Shown piece by piece: positions 16,287-24,343 of a DNA stretch of 64,000 bases. Made by a program: the position numbers and the translations under genes. The notes below the pieces were generated by a model that was not told the DNA's origin, ran no database searches, and saw only the letters and a program-made list of their open reading frames with translations. Positions within the stretch are counted from its first letter, which is position 1. Each line of letters begins with the position of its first letter. The stretch spans positions 2,304 to 66,303 of the forward strand of contig CAVDFD010000001.1 of the NCBI GenBank assembly GCA_963608145.1. The letters are read 5' to 3'. Source of the DNA: Bacteroidaceae bacterium. Lineage in GTDB: Bacteria; Bacillota; Clostridia; Oscillospirales; Oscillospiraceae.

Positions 16287-18460
16287 TTGCTCAGACTCCT
16301 TTCCAGCTTTTTAGTCATCGTGAGTATATTTTCGCCGTTTTCACGGGCGTAGGTGACAGTATCCATTGTCTGCTTTACGATGTAGATGCCCAGACCGCCG
16401 ACCTCGCGCTGCTCGGCGCTGAGCGTAATATCGGGATCGTCCTTTGCCAGCGGGTCAAAGGCTATGCCCGAGTCTGAAACCGTAAAGGTCGCGGTGTCGG
16501 AGGCATCGTCTATGCTTACGGAAAGCCTTGCCGTACCCTCGCTGTTGGGGTAGGCATAGTGGGCGATGTTCACAAAGACCTCCTCGATGGCGACACTCAC
16601 GGCGATCTGAAGCTTCATCGAGCAGCCGGCCTTTTCAAGCTCGGCTTCGACAAAGCCGAGGACCTCGGGGACGTTTTCCTCCTTCGCCTCGAAGCAGCGG
16701 CCTGCAGCCTCCGCTGCACCCTTGAAGTCCATAAGCAGCATGGTTATATCGTCAAACTGCGGCGCACCGTCGGCAAAGCTCTGAAGCGAGAGCCTGAGCT
16801 CCTTGAGCATGGCCTCGGTATCGCAGTATGTGTGGCTGTTTAAGAAGTCTCTTAGCCGCTCCTCGCCGTAAAGCTGCTGCTGTGTGTCCGTTGTTTCCGT
16901 AACGCCGTCGGTGTACAGGAACAGCCTGTCCTCGGGAGCTACGCGCAGACTGCTCTGCCGGTATTTTATATTGTCCATACCGGCAAGGACAAGACCGCTT
17001 CTCTCGCGCAGATACTCGAATTCTCCGTCGGCTCTTTTGAGAAGCGGAGGGTTGTGTCCGGCGTTGACATATGTAAGATCGCCGGTCTTTATGTCGAGAA
17101 CGCCCATCCACGCGGTCACGAACAGCCCCGCGTCGTTTCCGTCGCACAGAAGCCGGTTTACGATCGTAAATACCTCCGAGGGCTCGTTGCCCATCTGAGT
17201 GTAGTTTTTTATGAGCGTTTTTGTGATGACCATGAACAGCGCCGCAGGAACGCCCTTGCCGGATACATCCGCAACGACGAGGGCGAGCCTGTTCTCACCG
17301 ATCATGAAAAAGTCGTAGAAATCGCCGCCGACCTCCTTGGCAGGATGCATGAGCGCATACAGCTCAAATTCGCAGTGCTCGGGGAAGGGAGGGAAGATGC
17401 ACGGCAGCATATGCGCCTGAATATCCGATGCAAGCTTGAGCTCGGCGTTTATGCGCTCCTTTTCCGCCATGACGCTTTGAAGGTTATCCACATATTTTCC
17501 GAGATCGCGGATCATGGACATGTACGAGCGCGCAAGCTCGCCGACCTCGGTCGAGTCCTTTGCATAGACCTCGCATTCGCTCAGCAGCCTGCTGCGCTGA
17601 GAGTCCGTCGAGCGGCCGGAGTAGTAGCTTCCGGCGATCTTGGCAAGCTTTTCGATGGGACGGGATATTTTCTTCTCCGTAAAGCGCATAAAGCCGATAG
17701 ACAGCGCAAAATAGGTGTTCATCGCAAGCATTTCAAAGAGATATATCTTGCCCAGAACGCTGATATTGCCCGAGCCGTACCTGTCGGTCATGTAGACGGC
17801 GATGCCAACGAGCACGCAGATGCAAAGACCGGTGACGAGCGTATTGAGTATCATCCGCTCGTTCATCGAAAATTGAATGGGCTTTGTCTCTCCGCCGTCC
17901 TTGAGGTTTTCCATGTGCATCTGCAAAAGGCTTCCCAGTATCATGAGCGGAGCGCCGAAGAGCAGCCCCGAGTCAAAGCTGTTTATGAAAAGATACAGAT
18001 TATCGAGCGAAATGATATCCGCAACGTTGTATGCATGGTTTAAAATGCTGGTGAAAAGAATAGTCAGCAGCGCGTTCAGACCCAGCAGCAGGCAGAACTT
18101 GAGTATCCTCGACACGCTGTCGAGCCGGAACTCCTTGCCGCCGCGCTCGCGGTTAATCTTCTTCCAGAAGAAATACGCGCACATGGCGTAGAGTATCTGC
18201 AAAACGCTGTTTATTGCCGCGTACAGAAGCTCATAGCCCGCGCTCAGGTCGCAGACAAGATTGCCCGCCGCGCAGCCGAGCGCCGCCGGCCAGCCGAAGA
18301 TCATGCCGAGCACCGGCGTGAGCGCCGCCGTCGGACGCATCTGTGTAAGCTCCGACGCTGCCGCCCAGAGCTTAAAGGGCGCAGTCAGCAGTATAAACAG
18401 CAGCAGGTTCATTGCAAACACGAACAGCGCCGCACGCTTTTTCGTAAGCTTCATTTTCAT
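16283..18460 (-). CDS. polytopic-membrane PP2C (SpoIIE-family) phosphatase fused to a C-terminal RsbW/SpoIIAB-type HATPase kinase domain
   Basis: The N-terminal ~260 aa carries about 8 TM helices. The PP2C core shows EVGGDFYDF, VADVSGKGVPAALFM and YTDGVTE. The C-terminal ~130 aa (IAVSVAIEEVFVNIAHYAY ... VSDSGIAFDP ... GGLGIYIVK) is the GHKL anti-sigma kinase fold. GAAGGAGG RBS. Confidence 0.9.
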   Translation of the reverse strand: MKMKLTKKRAALFVFAMNLLLFILLTAPFKLWAAASELTQMRPTAALTPVLGMIFGWPAALGCAAGNLVCDLSAGYELLYAAINSVLQILYAMCAYFFWKKINRERGGKEFRLDSVSRILKFCLLLGLNALLTILFTSILNHAYNVADIISLDNLYLFINSFDSGLLFGAPLMILGSLLQMHMENLKDGGETKPIQFSMNERMILNTLVTGLCICVLVGIAVYMTDRYGSGNISVLGKIYLFEMLAMNTYFALSIGFMRFTEKKISRPIEKLAKIAGSYYSGRSTDSQRSRLLSECEVYAKDSTEVGELARSYMSMIRDLGKYVDNLQSVMAEKERINAELKLASDIQAHMLPCIFPPFPEHCEFELYALMHPAKEVGGDFYDFFMIGENRLALVVADVSGKGVPAALFMVITKTLIKNYTQMGNEPSEVFTIVNRLLCDGNDAGLFVTAWMGVLDIKTGDLTYVNAGHNPPLLKRADGEFEYLRERSGLVLAGMDNIKYRQSSLRVAPEDRLFLYTDGVTETTDTQQQLYGEERLRDFLNSHTYCDTEAMLKELRLSLQSFADGAPQFDDITMLLMDFKGAAEAAGRCFEAKEENVPEVLGFVEAELEKAGCSMKLQIAVSVAIEEVFVNIAHYAYPNSEGTARLSVSIDDASDTATFTVSDSGIAFDPLAKDDPDITLSAEQREVGGLGIYIVKQTMDTVTYARENGENILTMTKKLERSLSK

Positions 18461-18506
18461 TTATGACGTACCTCCTTCACTTGTCTGCAAGGCAGGAAAT
18501 TGGGGG

Positions 18507-19727
18507 TTATTTTTTCTTTTGCTTTGCCAGAGGCACGGCGGGGAACATGCTCAGGCTTTTTGTCATTGCGACGGTAAACAATATAACGCCGGCGGCAGAG
18601 AAAAGCTGTACGCCCCAGAGCGTTGGACCTATGCCGATAAGGTCGATCATGATACCGCCTGCAAAGCTCGCTATCAGATATCCGAGCGTCAGAGCGCTGC
18701 CCACGATGGACTGACCCTTGAGAAATTCACTCTCCGGCAGAGTGTGTGCCACGAAGCGGACGCCTGCCGGAACATAGATCGCATAGCCGGCAAATTGCAG
18801 AAGCTCCGCTGCGTACAGCAGGTAGACGTTCGGTGCAAGCATGATGGCAAGGTTCTTTGCCGCCCACATCCAGCCGGCAAATATAAGAAGCTTCCGGTTT
18901 CCGATGTTGTCGGCGACGCGGCGGTACAGGAGCATTGCCGGAAGCTCCGTCATTGCGGAGATGAACATGGCAACGCCGAGGTTCGAGCTGTCGCCGCCTA
19001 TGCGCATAATGACCTGAATAAGATAGGTGTCCATAAAGCCGTTTGCCGTAGCAAGGCAGAGCACACCGGCAAAGAAAATATAAAACTGAGGATATTCGCT
19101 CATCAATATTTTCTTTTCCTTCGGCGTTACGCTGCCCGGCTGACGCTCTGCAAGGTTCGGCGCGTTAAATGCGAGAACGGCAAAGCACAGCAGGAGGCAG
19201 GGGATCATGTACAGTCCGGGCAGGATGTTCGTCGTGAACCTCTGTATCAGCAGGCCGGTTGCAAGGCTCGTGAGCGAAAAGGCCATCGAGCCGCAGCCGC
19301 GTGCCGCGCCGAAATTGATCCTCGTGCCCTGCTCGTGATAGCCGCGGTACAGGGAGTTTACCGACGACTGCATCGAGGAGTTGAGCGAGTATACAAGAAT
19401 GTACACTATGCAGAATACGAGACCTCCGAGAGGCAGCAGCAGGAGCGCCGCCGACAGCAGTACTATAAGCACATGCACGGCGAACATTGCCCGCCCCAGC
19501 CGAATGCCGGTGCGCTGGACAAAGGAAGCGACAAGGATCTGAAATCCTGCCGAGCCGAGATTGCCGAGGCCGAGGATAATGCCTATCTTTCCGCTGCTGA
19601 AGCCGCGGTCGAGCAGATACGTCGATGCAAAGCAGGCTATGAGCGCAAGCGAGCAGAAATACAGTGCCTGAATGACCGCGTAAAACGCGGTCGCGTTTTT
19701 CTTGTTTACCGATATCATGCTGATCAA
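18507..19727 (-). CDS. MFS transporter
   Basis: 406 aa with about 12 TM helices in the typical MFS layout. The antisense 531-aa ORF in the track is a shadow. Confidence 0.85.
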   Translation of the reverse strand: MISMISVNKKNATAFYAVIQALYFCSLALIACFASTYLLDRGFSSGKIGIILGLGNLGSAGFQILVASFVQRTGIRLGRAMFAVHVLIVLLSAALLLLPLGGLVFCIVYILVYSLNSSMQSSVNSLYRGYHEQGTRINFGAARGCGSMAFSLTSLATGLLIQRFTTNILPGLYMIPCLLLCFAVLAFNAPNLAERQPGSVTPKEKKILMSEYPQFYIFFAGVLCLATANGFMDTYLIQVIMRIGGDSSNLGVAMFISAMTELPAMLLYRRVADNIGNRKLLIFAGWMWAAKNLAIMLAPNVYLLYAAELLQFAGYAIYVPAGVRFVAHTLPESEFLKGQSIVGSALTLGYLIASFAGGIMIDLIGIGPTLWGVQLFSAAGVILFTVAMTKSLSMFPAVPLAKQKKK

Positions 19728-19733
19728 GTCCTT

Positions 19734-20636
19734 TTATGCACGGAAAAAGTCAAGGCAGCGCTGCCTGTAATCGGGAGCCTCGTCGTATACGCCGTGACCG
19801 TAGTTATCGCCGTACAGATAAAGCTCGCAGCCGAGAGCCTCGGCTATCTGCTCTGAGCCCTCCGCCGTGACGACCCTGTCGCCCTCCGAGCCTATAACGA
19901 GCACGGGGCATTTTATACCCGAAAGCTCGCCATAGCAGTCAAAGCTTTTGCAGGCTCGGGCAAGAATGATAAAGCGGGCGTATTCCTCATCGCTTATGCC
20001 GGAGTTCATGGAAATGAGCGTATCGCGGTAGCTCTCAAGCGTCGCCTCGGAATAAACGCTGTCAACAAAGCTTTCCAGCAGCTTCGTCTCCTGCTTTTCC
20101 TCGGCGAGGCTTATCCACTCGTCAACTATATCATTAAAGCCGTCGTTCGGCTTTGCAAGCGTCGAGCCGAGGATCAGCTTATGCACGAGCTCGGGATAGT
20201 CAATGGCGAGGTACTCGGCTATCATGCCGCCCTGAGACGCGCCGAAAACATCGGCGTTTTCAATGCCGAGTGCCTTCATTGCCTTGGCGGTATCGGCTGC
20301 CATGTCGCGGACGGTGTAGCCGTCCGAGATATCCTTTGCTCTGTCGAAGAGATACACGGTGTATTCATCGGCAAAGTCCTTGTATGCCTCCGCAATAGCG
20401 TCAGCCGAGCCCATAACGCTGTGAACCGACAGACCGGGCAGTATGACAAATGTCTTTTCGCCGCTGCCGAACACAATATAATCCATTTCCATGCCTCCCG
20501 AAGAAACTGTTTTTACGCTTGCCGAAGCCGGAGCGGCGGTAGGCTCCGCCGTGGGCTCCGGCTCCTTGCTGCTCTGACATCCTGTGATGCCGAGCAGCAG
20601 CATTCCGGCCATAAGTGCCGAGATAAGCTTTTTCAT
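19734..20636 (-). CDS. alpha/beta-hydrolase lipoprotein
   Basis: Lipobox LLGITGC after MKKLISALMAGM. Nucleophile elbow GASQGG. C-terminal GHGVYDE with the catalytic His. Confidence 0.85.
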   Translation of the reverse strand: MKKLISALMAGMLLLGITGCQSSKEPEPTAEPTAAPASASVKTVSSGGMEMDYIVFGSGEKTFVILPGLSVHSVMGSADAIAEAYKDFADEYTVYLFDRAKDISDGYTVRDMAADTAKAMKALGIENADVFGASQGGMIAEYLAIDYPELVHKLILGSTLAKPNDGFNDIVDEWISLAEEKQETKLLESFVDSVYSEATLESYRDTLISMNSGISDEEYARFIILARACKSFDCYGELSGIKCPVLVIGSEGDRVVTAEGSEQIAEALGCELYLYGDNYGHGVYDEAPDYRQRCLDFFRA

Positions 20637-20659
20637 TGCCTGCTCCTTTGAGGAACCGC

Positions 20660-22393
20660 TTATTCGGCAGCTCCGCGCTTTTTAACGATGATGATAACGA
20701 CAGCCGCTATAACGACCGCAGCCGCAGCGACGATGGCGATAGTCTGTGAGGAAACCGAGGTGGAATCCGAGCTGCCTCTTTCCTGTACGTCGGGCAGCTC
20801 GCCGTATGCGGAGGCATCCAGTGTCACGGTCAGGGGATCGACCTGCTTGAGCTCGTCAATGACCTCGTGCGTCTCGGGATTTCTGCCGTTTTTCATGGTA
20901 TTGCTGTTCTTGCTCATGTACCAGCGGACATCGTTGAGAAGCTGGCCTGCATCGTCAAAGGCCTGCTCCTGCACCGAGTTGCAGTAATCGGTTATGTACT
21001 GCTTTGCCGCCGCACTGTCGTCGAGAGAGGCTGCCGTTTTCAGAACGGTCTGCATGCTCTCGGTCATGAGCGTTTCCGCCTGATGCCAGTATGCGCGAAC
21101 GGGCTGACCGTAGATCTTGTATGCGTTTTTCTCAACGCCGAGGGTGTTGAGCTCCTTGAAGCGGTAGTAGGGGTAAAGCTGAGTGTCGAATATGCCGGCC
21201 TCGTCAGCGGTCTGGCTTCGGGCGTAGGGAGCGCTTATGCTCGTCGCGGCATTTGATACGGGAACGAATACGCCGTACAGTGCAGGACCCGTGCTCTCCC
21301 ATGTCACGCAGGACATGTCCGCGGGCAGATCGGGGTATATCTGCGCAATATGCACGCTCAGCGCGGTGTCCGTTCCGATAACGCGCATATCAGTGCGGCC
21401 TGTTTCATCGGGGCTGTATTCCGTGCCCTCATAGCGGTTGCGCATGATCTCCATAACGTCGAGCAGCGAGACCTTTTCGTCGGGAGCAAAGCACAGGGGA
21501 TAGAGCGCAGTCTTGTCGTAATCGCCGTAGGCGGAGGGAGCCATGAGCTGATGTGCTATCCACGTTCTCATGTGGGAATAGTTCGTAACTACCTCGTCGC
21601 CGGAGTAGGTGGCCAACAGGTTGAGCTCGCCGTTTTCGCCGTATACGGCAAAGCCCTTGTCCTTTGCAAGGCTCTCAAGCTCCTTGGAGAGTATGCAGTC
21701 GTCGTAATCCGATACATATTCGAGCGAAAACTCGTTTCCGAAGGCGCAGACCTTGTCATCGGGCAGCTTTACAGCTGCATACTGATGGCCGCTGTACATC
21801 TCAATGTACCACGCCTCCTTCTGGTCGGCGATGAGCGCGATATTGACCTCGCTGCTGCCGTAGCTGTCGATAAGAGACAGCAGTACCTCAACGCCCTCTC
21901 TGGCCGTGGCGCTCTGGCAGGTAACGAGATCGACCGCCGTGAACTCGGACAGACCGTGCTCTATAAGCGGATCGGCCTCCAGCGCGGCAACATTTGAAAA
22001 AGAGGTGATGGACATTATCATTGCAACGCCGTACTCGTTCGTGCAGACCGTCGCATCGCTGCCGAGACCGTTTGCAGCCGTAGCGCTTTCCATCCACGGG
22101 GTGGAGGTGTAGCGATAGGTGGTGTCGGGGAGAGTCGCAAACACCGTCTTGTCGTTATCGACGGGCATCGTTCTTCCCGATTTGTTCTCAACGCGCTCGG
22201 TAATGGTCACATAGTTTGCCCAAACGTCCTGATAGTCATTGGATTTGGCCATGATCACCGTGCCGTCGGCACTGGCCTTCGAGCCTACATACACTGCGGT
22301 GCAGGCATAGGCTTGAGCTGCGCCCGCGCAAATGAACGTAAACGCCAAAGCGACGGAGCATATCATGCGCATAAGTCTGTGTCTGTTTTTCAT
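20660..22393 (-). CDS. peptidase C69-family dipeptidase, exported and C-terminally membrane-anchored
   Basis: The signal peptide ends AQAYA and is followed directly by CTAVYVGSKASADGTVIMAKSNDY, the N-terminal nucleophile Cys typical of C69. C-terminal TM helix IAIVAAAAVVIAAVVIIIV followed by KKRG. Confidence 0.85.
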   Translation of the reverse strand: MKNRHRLMRMICSVALAFTFICAGAAQAYACTAVYVGSKASADGTVIMAKSNDYQDVWANYVTITERVENKSGRTMPVDNDKTVFATLPDTTYRYTSTPWMESATAANGLGSDATVCTNEYGVAMIMSITSFSNVAALEADPLIEHGLSEFTAVDLVTCQSATAREGVEVLLSLIDSYGSSEVNIALIADQKEAWYIEMYSGHQYAAVKLPDDKVCAFGNEFSLEYVSDYDDCILSKELESLAKDKGFAVYGENGELNLLATYSGDEVVTNYSHMRTWIAHQLMAPSAYGDYDKTALYPLCFAPDEKVSLLDVMEIMRNRYEGTEYSPDETGRTDMRVIGTDTALSVHIAQIYPDLPADMSCVTWESTGPALYGVFVPVSNAATSISAPYARSQTADEAGIFDTQLYPYYRFKELNTLGVEKNAYKIYGQPVRAYWHQAETLMTESMQTVLKTAASLDDSAAAKQYITDYCNSVQEQAFDDAGQLLNDVRWYMSKNSNTMKNGRNPETHEVIDELKQVDPLTVTLDASAYGELPDVQERGSSDSTSVSSQTIAIVAAAAVVIAAVVIIIVKKRGAAE

Positions 22394-22440
22394 GATCCTT
22401 TTCTCCTTAATTGTTTTTTGTTTTTATATTATGTCGGCGC

Positions 22441-23070
22441 TCAGCCGAGGCTGAGGCCGTTTGCAAGGACGTATGCGGTAAAGACACCGGCGAGTATAAA
22501 CGCAAGCAGAATGGACACGATCCGGTATTTTTTATCCTTCTGTATGTAAAAGCTCATTATAAATATGGATGCATAGCAGACTATGCCGCTCAGAAGGTGA
22601 TGCGGGAAGCTGTGAAATGCGCGGTAGAAGTAGGATACGCCCATAAAGGCCTGTATCGTGTTTCCCAGACCGAGTATCACCGCACCGAGCAGGTTCTGCT
22701 TTTTGCAGTGATACGCTATGAAGCCGCCCGGCAGGGTGAGGAAGGTCGCGGGAAGCCAGACGCTGCCGTAGTAAAGCCATGCCTTATCGACGGTGAGCGA
22801 TCCGAACAGTATCTGAACTGCGTATACGAGCGGCTGGCTTATGAGGAAGAACACAAAGCACTTGAGCATTGCCTCCCAGCTCTTGCTGCAGTTTACAACG
22901 ATGATGACGGCGAAAATGACCCACCACTCGTAGGCTATGCCTATATCCTGAAACGATGTCTCCTCAAGAGCGTCTATGAGCATGACAGCTCCGGTGTAAA
23001 CGCCCGCAGCGACCGCAAAAAGTATCACCGTGAGCCAGCTCATCTTCAGACTTCCGTACAGCTTCTTCAT
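22441..23070 (-). CDS. integral membrane protein, unknown function
   Basis: 209 aa with about 6 TM helices. GGAGG RBS upstream of the ATG on the minus strand. The opposite-strand 224-aa ORF has no protein-like features. Confidence 0.7.
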   Translation of the reverse strand: MKKLYGSLKMSWLTVILFAVAAGVYTGAVMLIDALEETSFQDIGIAYEWWVIFAVIIVVNCSKSWEAMLKCFVFFLISQPLVYAVQILFGSLTVDKAWLYYGSVWLPATFLTLPGGFIAYHCKKQNLLGAVILGLGNTIQAFMGVSYFYRAFHSFPHHLLSGIVCYASIFIMSFYIQKDKKYRIVSILLAFILAGVFTAYVLANGLSLG

Positions 23071-23320
23071 TTATATCCTCCGTGAACCCGTCCTGCACAG
23101 CGCTTTAAAAACACACATTCGCACAGATAACTTATTTAATCAAGTCAGTATATCAAATAAACATTAAATAAGCAATAATACAGCGTTAAATTAAAGGCAA
23201 AAAATTATGGCGAATGACAATGCCTTTTTGATGTGGTATAATCAAATAAATTTTATAAGATGAGTAACAGAACATAGATAGCCCCATACGCCGTCTTACG
23301 AGGAGAGTGAATATCGGAAA

Positions 23321-23497
23321 ATGATGCGAATAAGAGTTTTCCACACGGGCAGCGTTTGTGTAAGTCCTTATCTGCCGTATGGCGGAGACAAATGCAGCAT
23401 AATAAAGGCCGCGGGGCTTACGCCCCCGATGAATTATAGCATTATAGTCTGTACCTCCGCCGTGCGCGGCGGAGGTACAGTAAGTCCTATCGGATAA
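23321..23497 (+). pseudogene. possible 5-prime remnant of an MBL-fold (AHL-lactonase-like) hydrolase gene
   Basis: A 58-codon ORF, below the track cutoff. Its first ~36 residues, MMRIRVFHTGSVCVSPYLPYGGDKCSIIKAAGLTPP, resemble from memory the conserved N-terminus of a Clostridial MBL hydrolase family. The rest is unrelated and runs through a 12-bp GC hairpin. It sits in a 640-nt AT-rich gap. Confidence 0.3.
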
Positions 23498-23709
23498 CAT
23501 AACATTTCACTCCTGAATTTGACAATTTTACACTAAGGAAACAAAAGATGCTCAAATTGAATAACAGCCCACAAAATTTCGTTAACAAAGCATGGCTTAA
23601 CGGAATTTTTTTTGATTTTCTGTACAAAAATTATGGAATTATAACAAATATGGTGCTATACTGTATGAGCATTATGTAAAGTAAATAATTATTTTTCCCG
23701 AGGCGCATT

Positions 23710-24252
23710 ATGAGCTATATTGAGAAGAGAATAGACAGTGAACAAATGTACAGCGGCGTTATTGTGAACGTCCGTCTTGACCACGCCGAGCTTTGTGACG
23801 GAAGAGTCGTCAAGCGCGAGGTCGTCGAGCATCCGGGCGGCGCAACGATACTGCCGCTTGACGACGAGGGCTATTGCTACTGCGTGCGTCAGTTCCGCTA
23901 TCCTTATCAGAAGGAGCTTCTTGAAGCGCCTGCCGGAAAGCTTGAGCCGGGCGAGGATCCGATGGAATGCGCCGTGCGAGAGCTTTCCGAGGAGACGGGC
24001 TTTACCGCCGATGAGATCATAAGCCTCGGAGAGGACTACACCTCGCCCGGCTTTTCGACCGAAACGCTGCACATCTACCTTGCCCGAGGACTTCACAGAG
24101 GAGCCATGCACCTTGACGACGGCGAGTTTTTGAGCGTAGAGCGGCACCATATCGACGAGCTGACAGAGCTCGTTATGGATGGTACGATAGCCGACGGCAA
24201 AACGGTCATCGCGGTCCTGAAGGCAAAACGCCTCTTGGAAAGTGAAAAGTAG
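23710..24252 (+). CDS. NUDIX hydrolase, ADP-ribose pyrophosphatase-like
   Basis: Nudix box [22 protein letters not shown]. 180 aa, NudF-like layout. Confidence 0.9.
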   Translation: MSYIEKRIDSEQMYSGVIVNVRLDHAELCDGRVVKREVVEHPGGATILPLDDEGYCYCVRQFRYPYQKELLEAPAGKLEPGEDPMECAVRELSEETGFTADEIISLGEDYTSPGFSTETLHIYLARGLHRGAMHLDDGEFLSVERHHIDELTELVMDGTIADGKTVIAVLKAKRLLESEK

Positions 24253-24343
24253 TTACGATTTGTTTACATTGCTAATTGCCTCGGCATATTCGCTATGCTA
24301 TAATAACAAACCGGTGATCTAACACCGATGAAAGGTGCTATAT

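Noticed and set aside
18261-19856. 531-aa plus-strand ORF
   Set aside because: Antisense to the MFS transporter and to the ends of its neighbours. Arg/Ala/Gln-rich with no motifs, whereas the minus-strand product has a clear 12-TM MFS pattern.
22411-23085. 224-aa plus-strand ORF
   Set aside because: The opposite strand encodes a convincing 6-TM membrane protein with a GGAGG RBS. The plus-strand product is hydrophilic low-complexity sequence.
23186-23500. 104-aa minus-strand ORF in the AT-rich gap
   Set aside because: No RBS and a non-protein-like sequence. The plus strand carries the more interpretable hydrolase-remnant ORF and hairpins.
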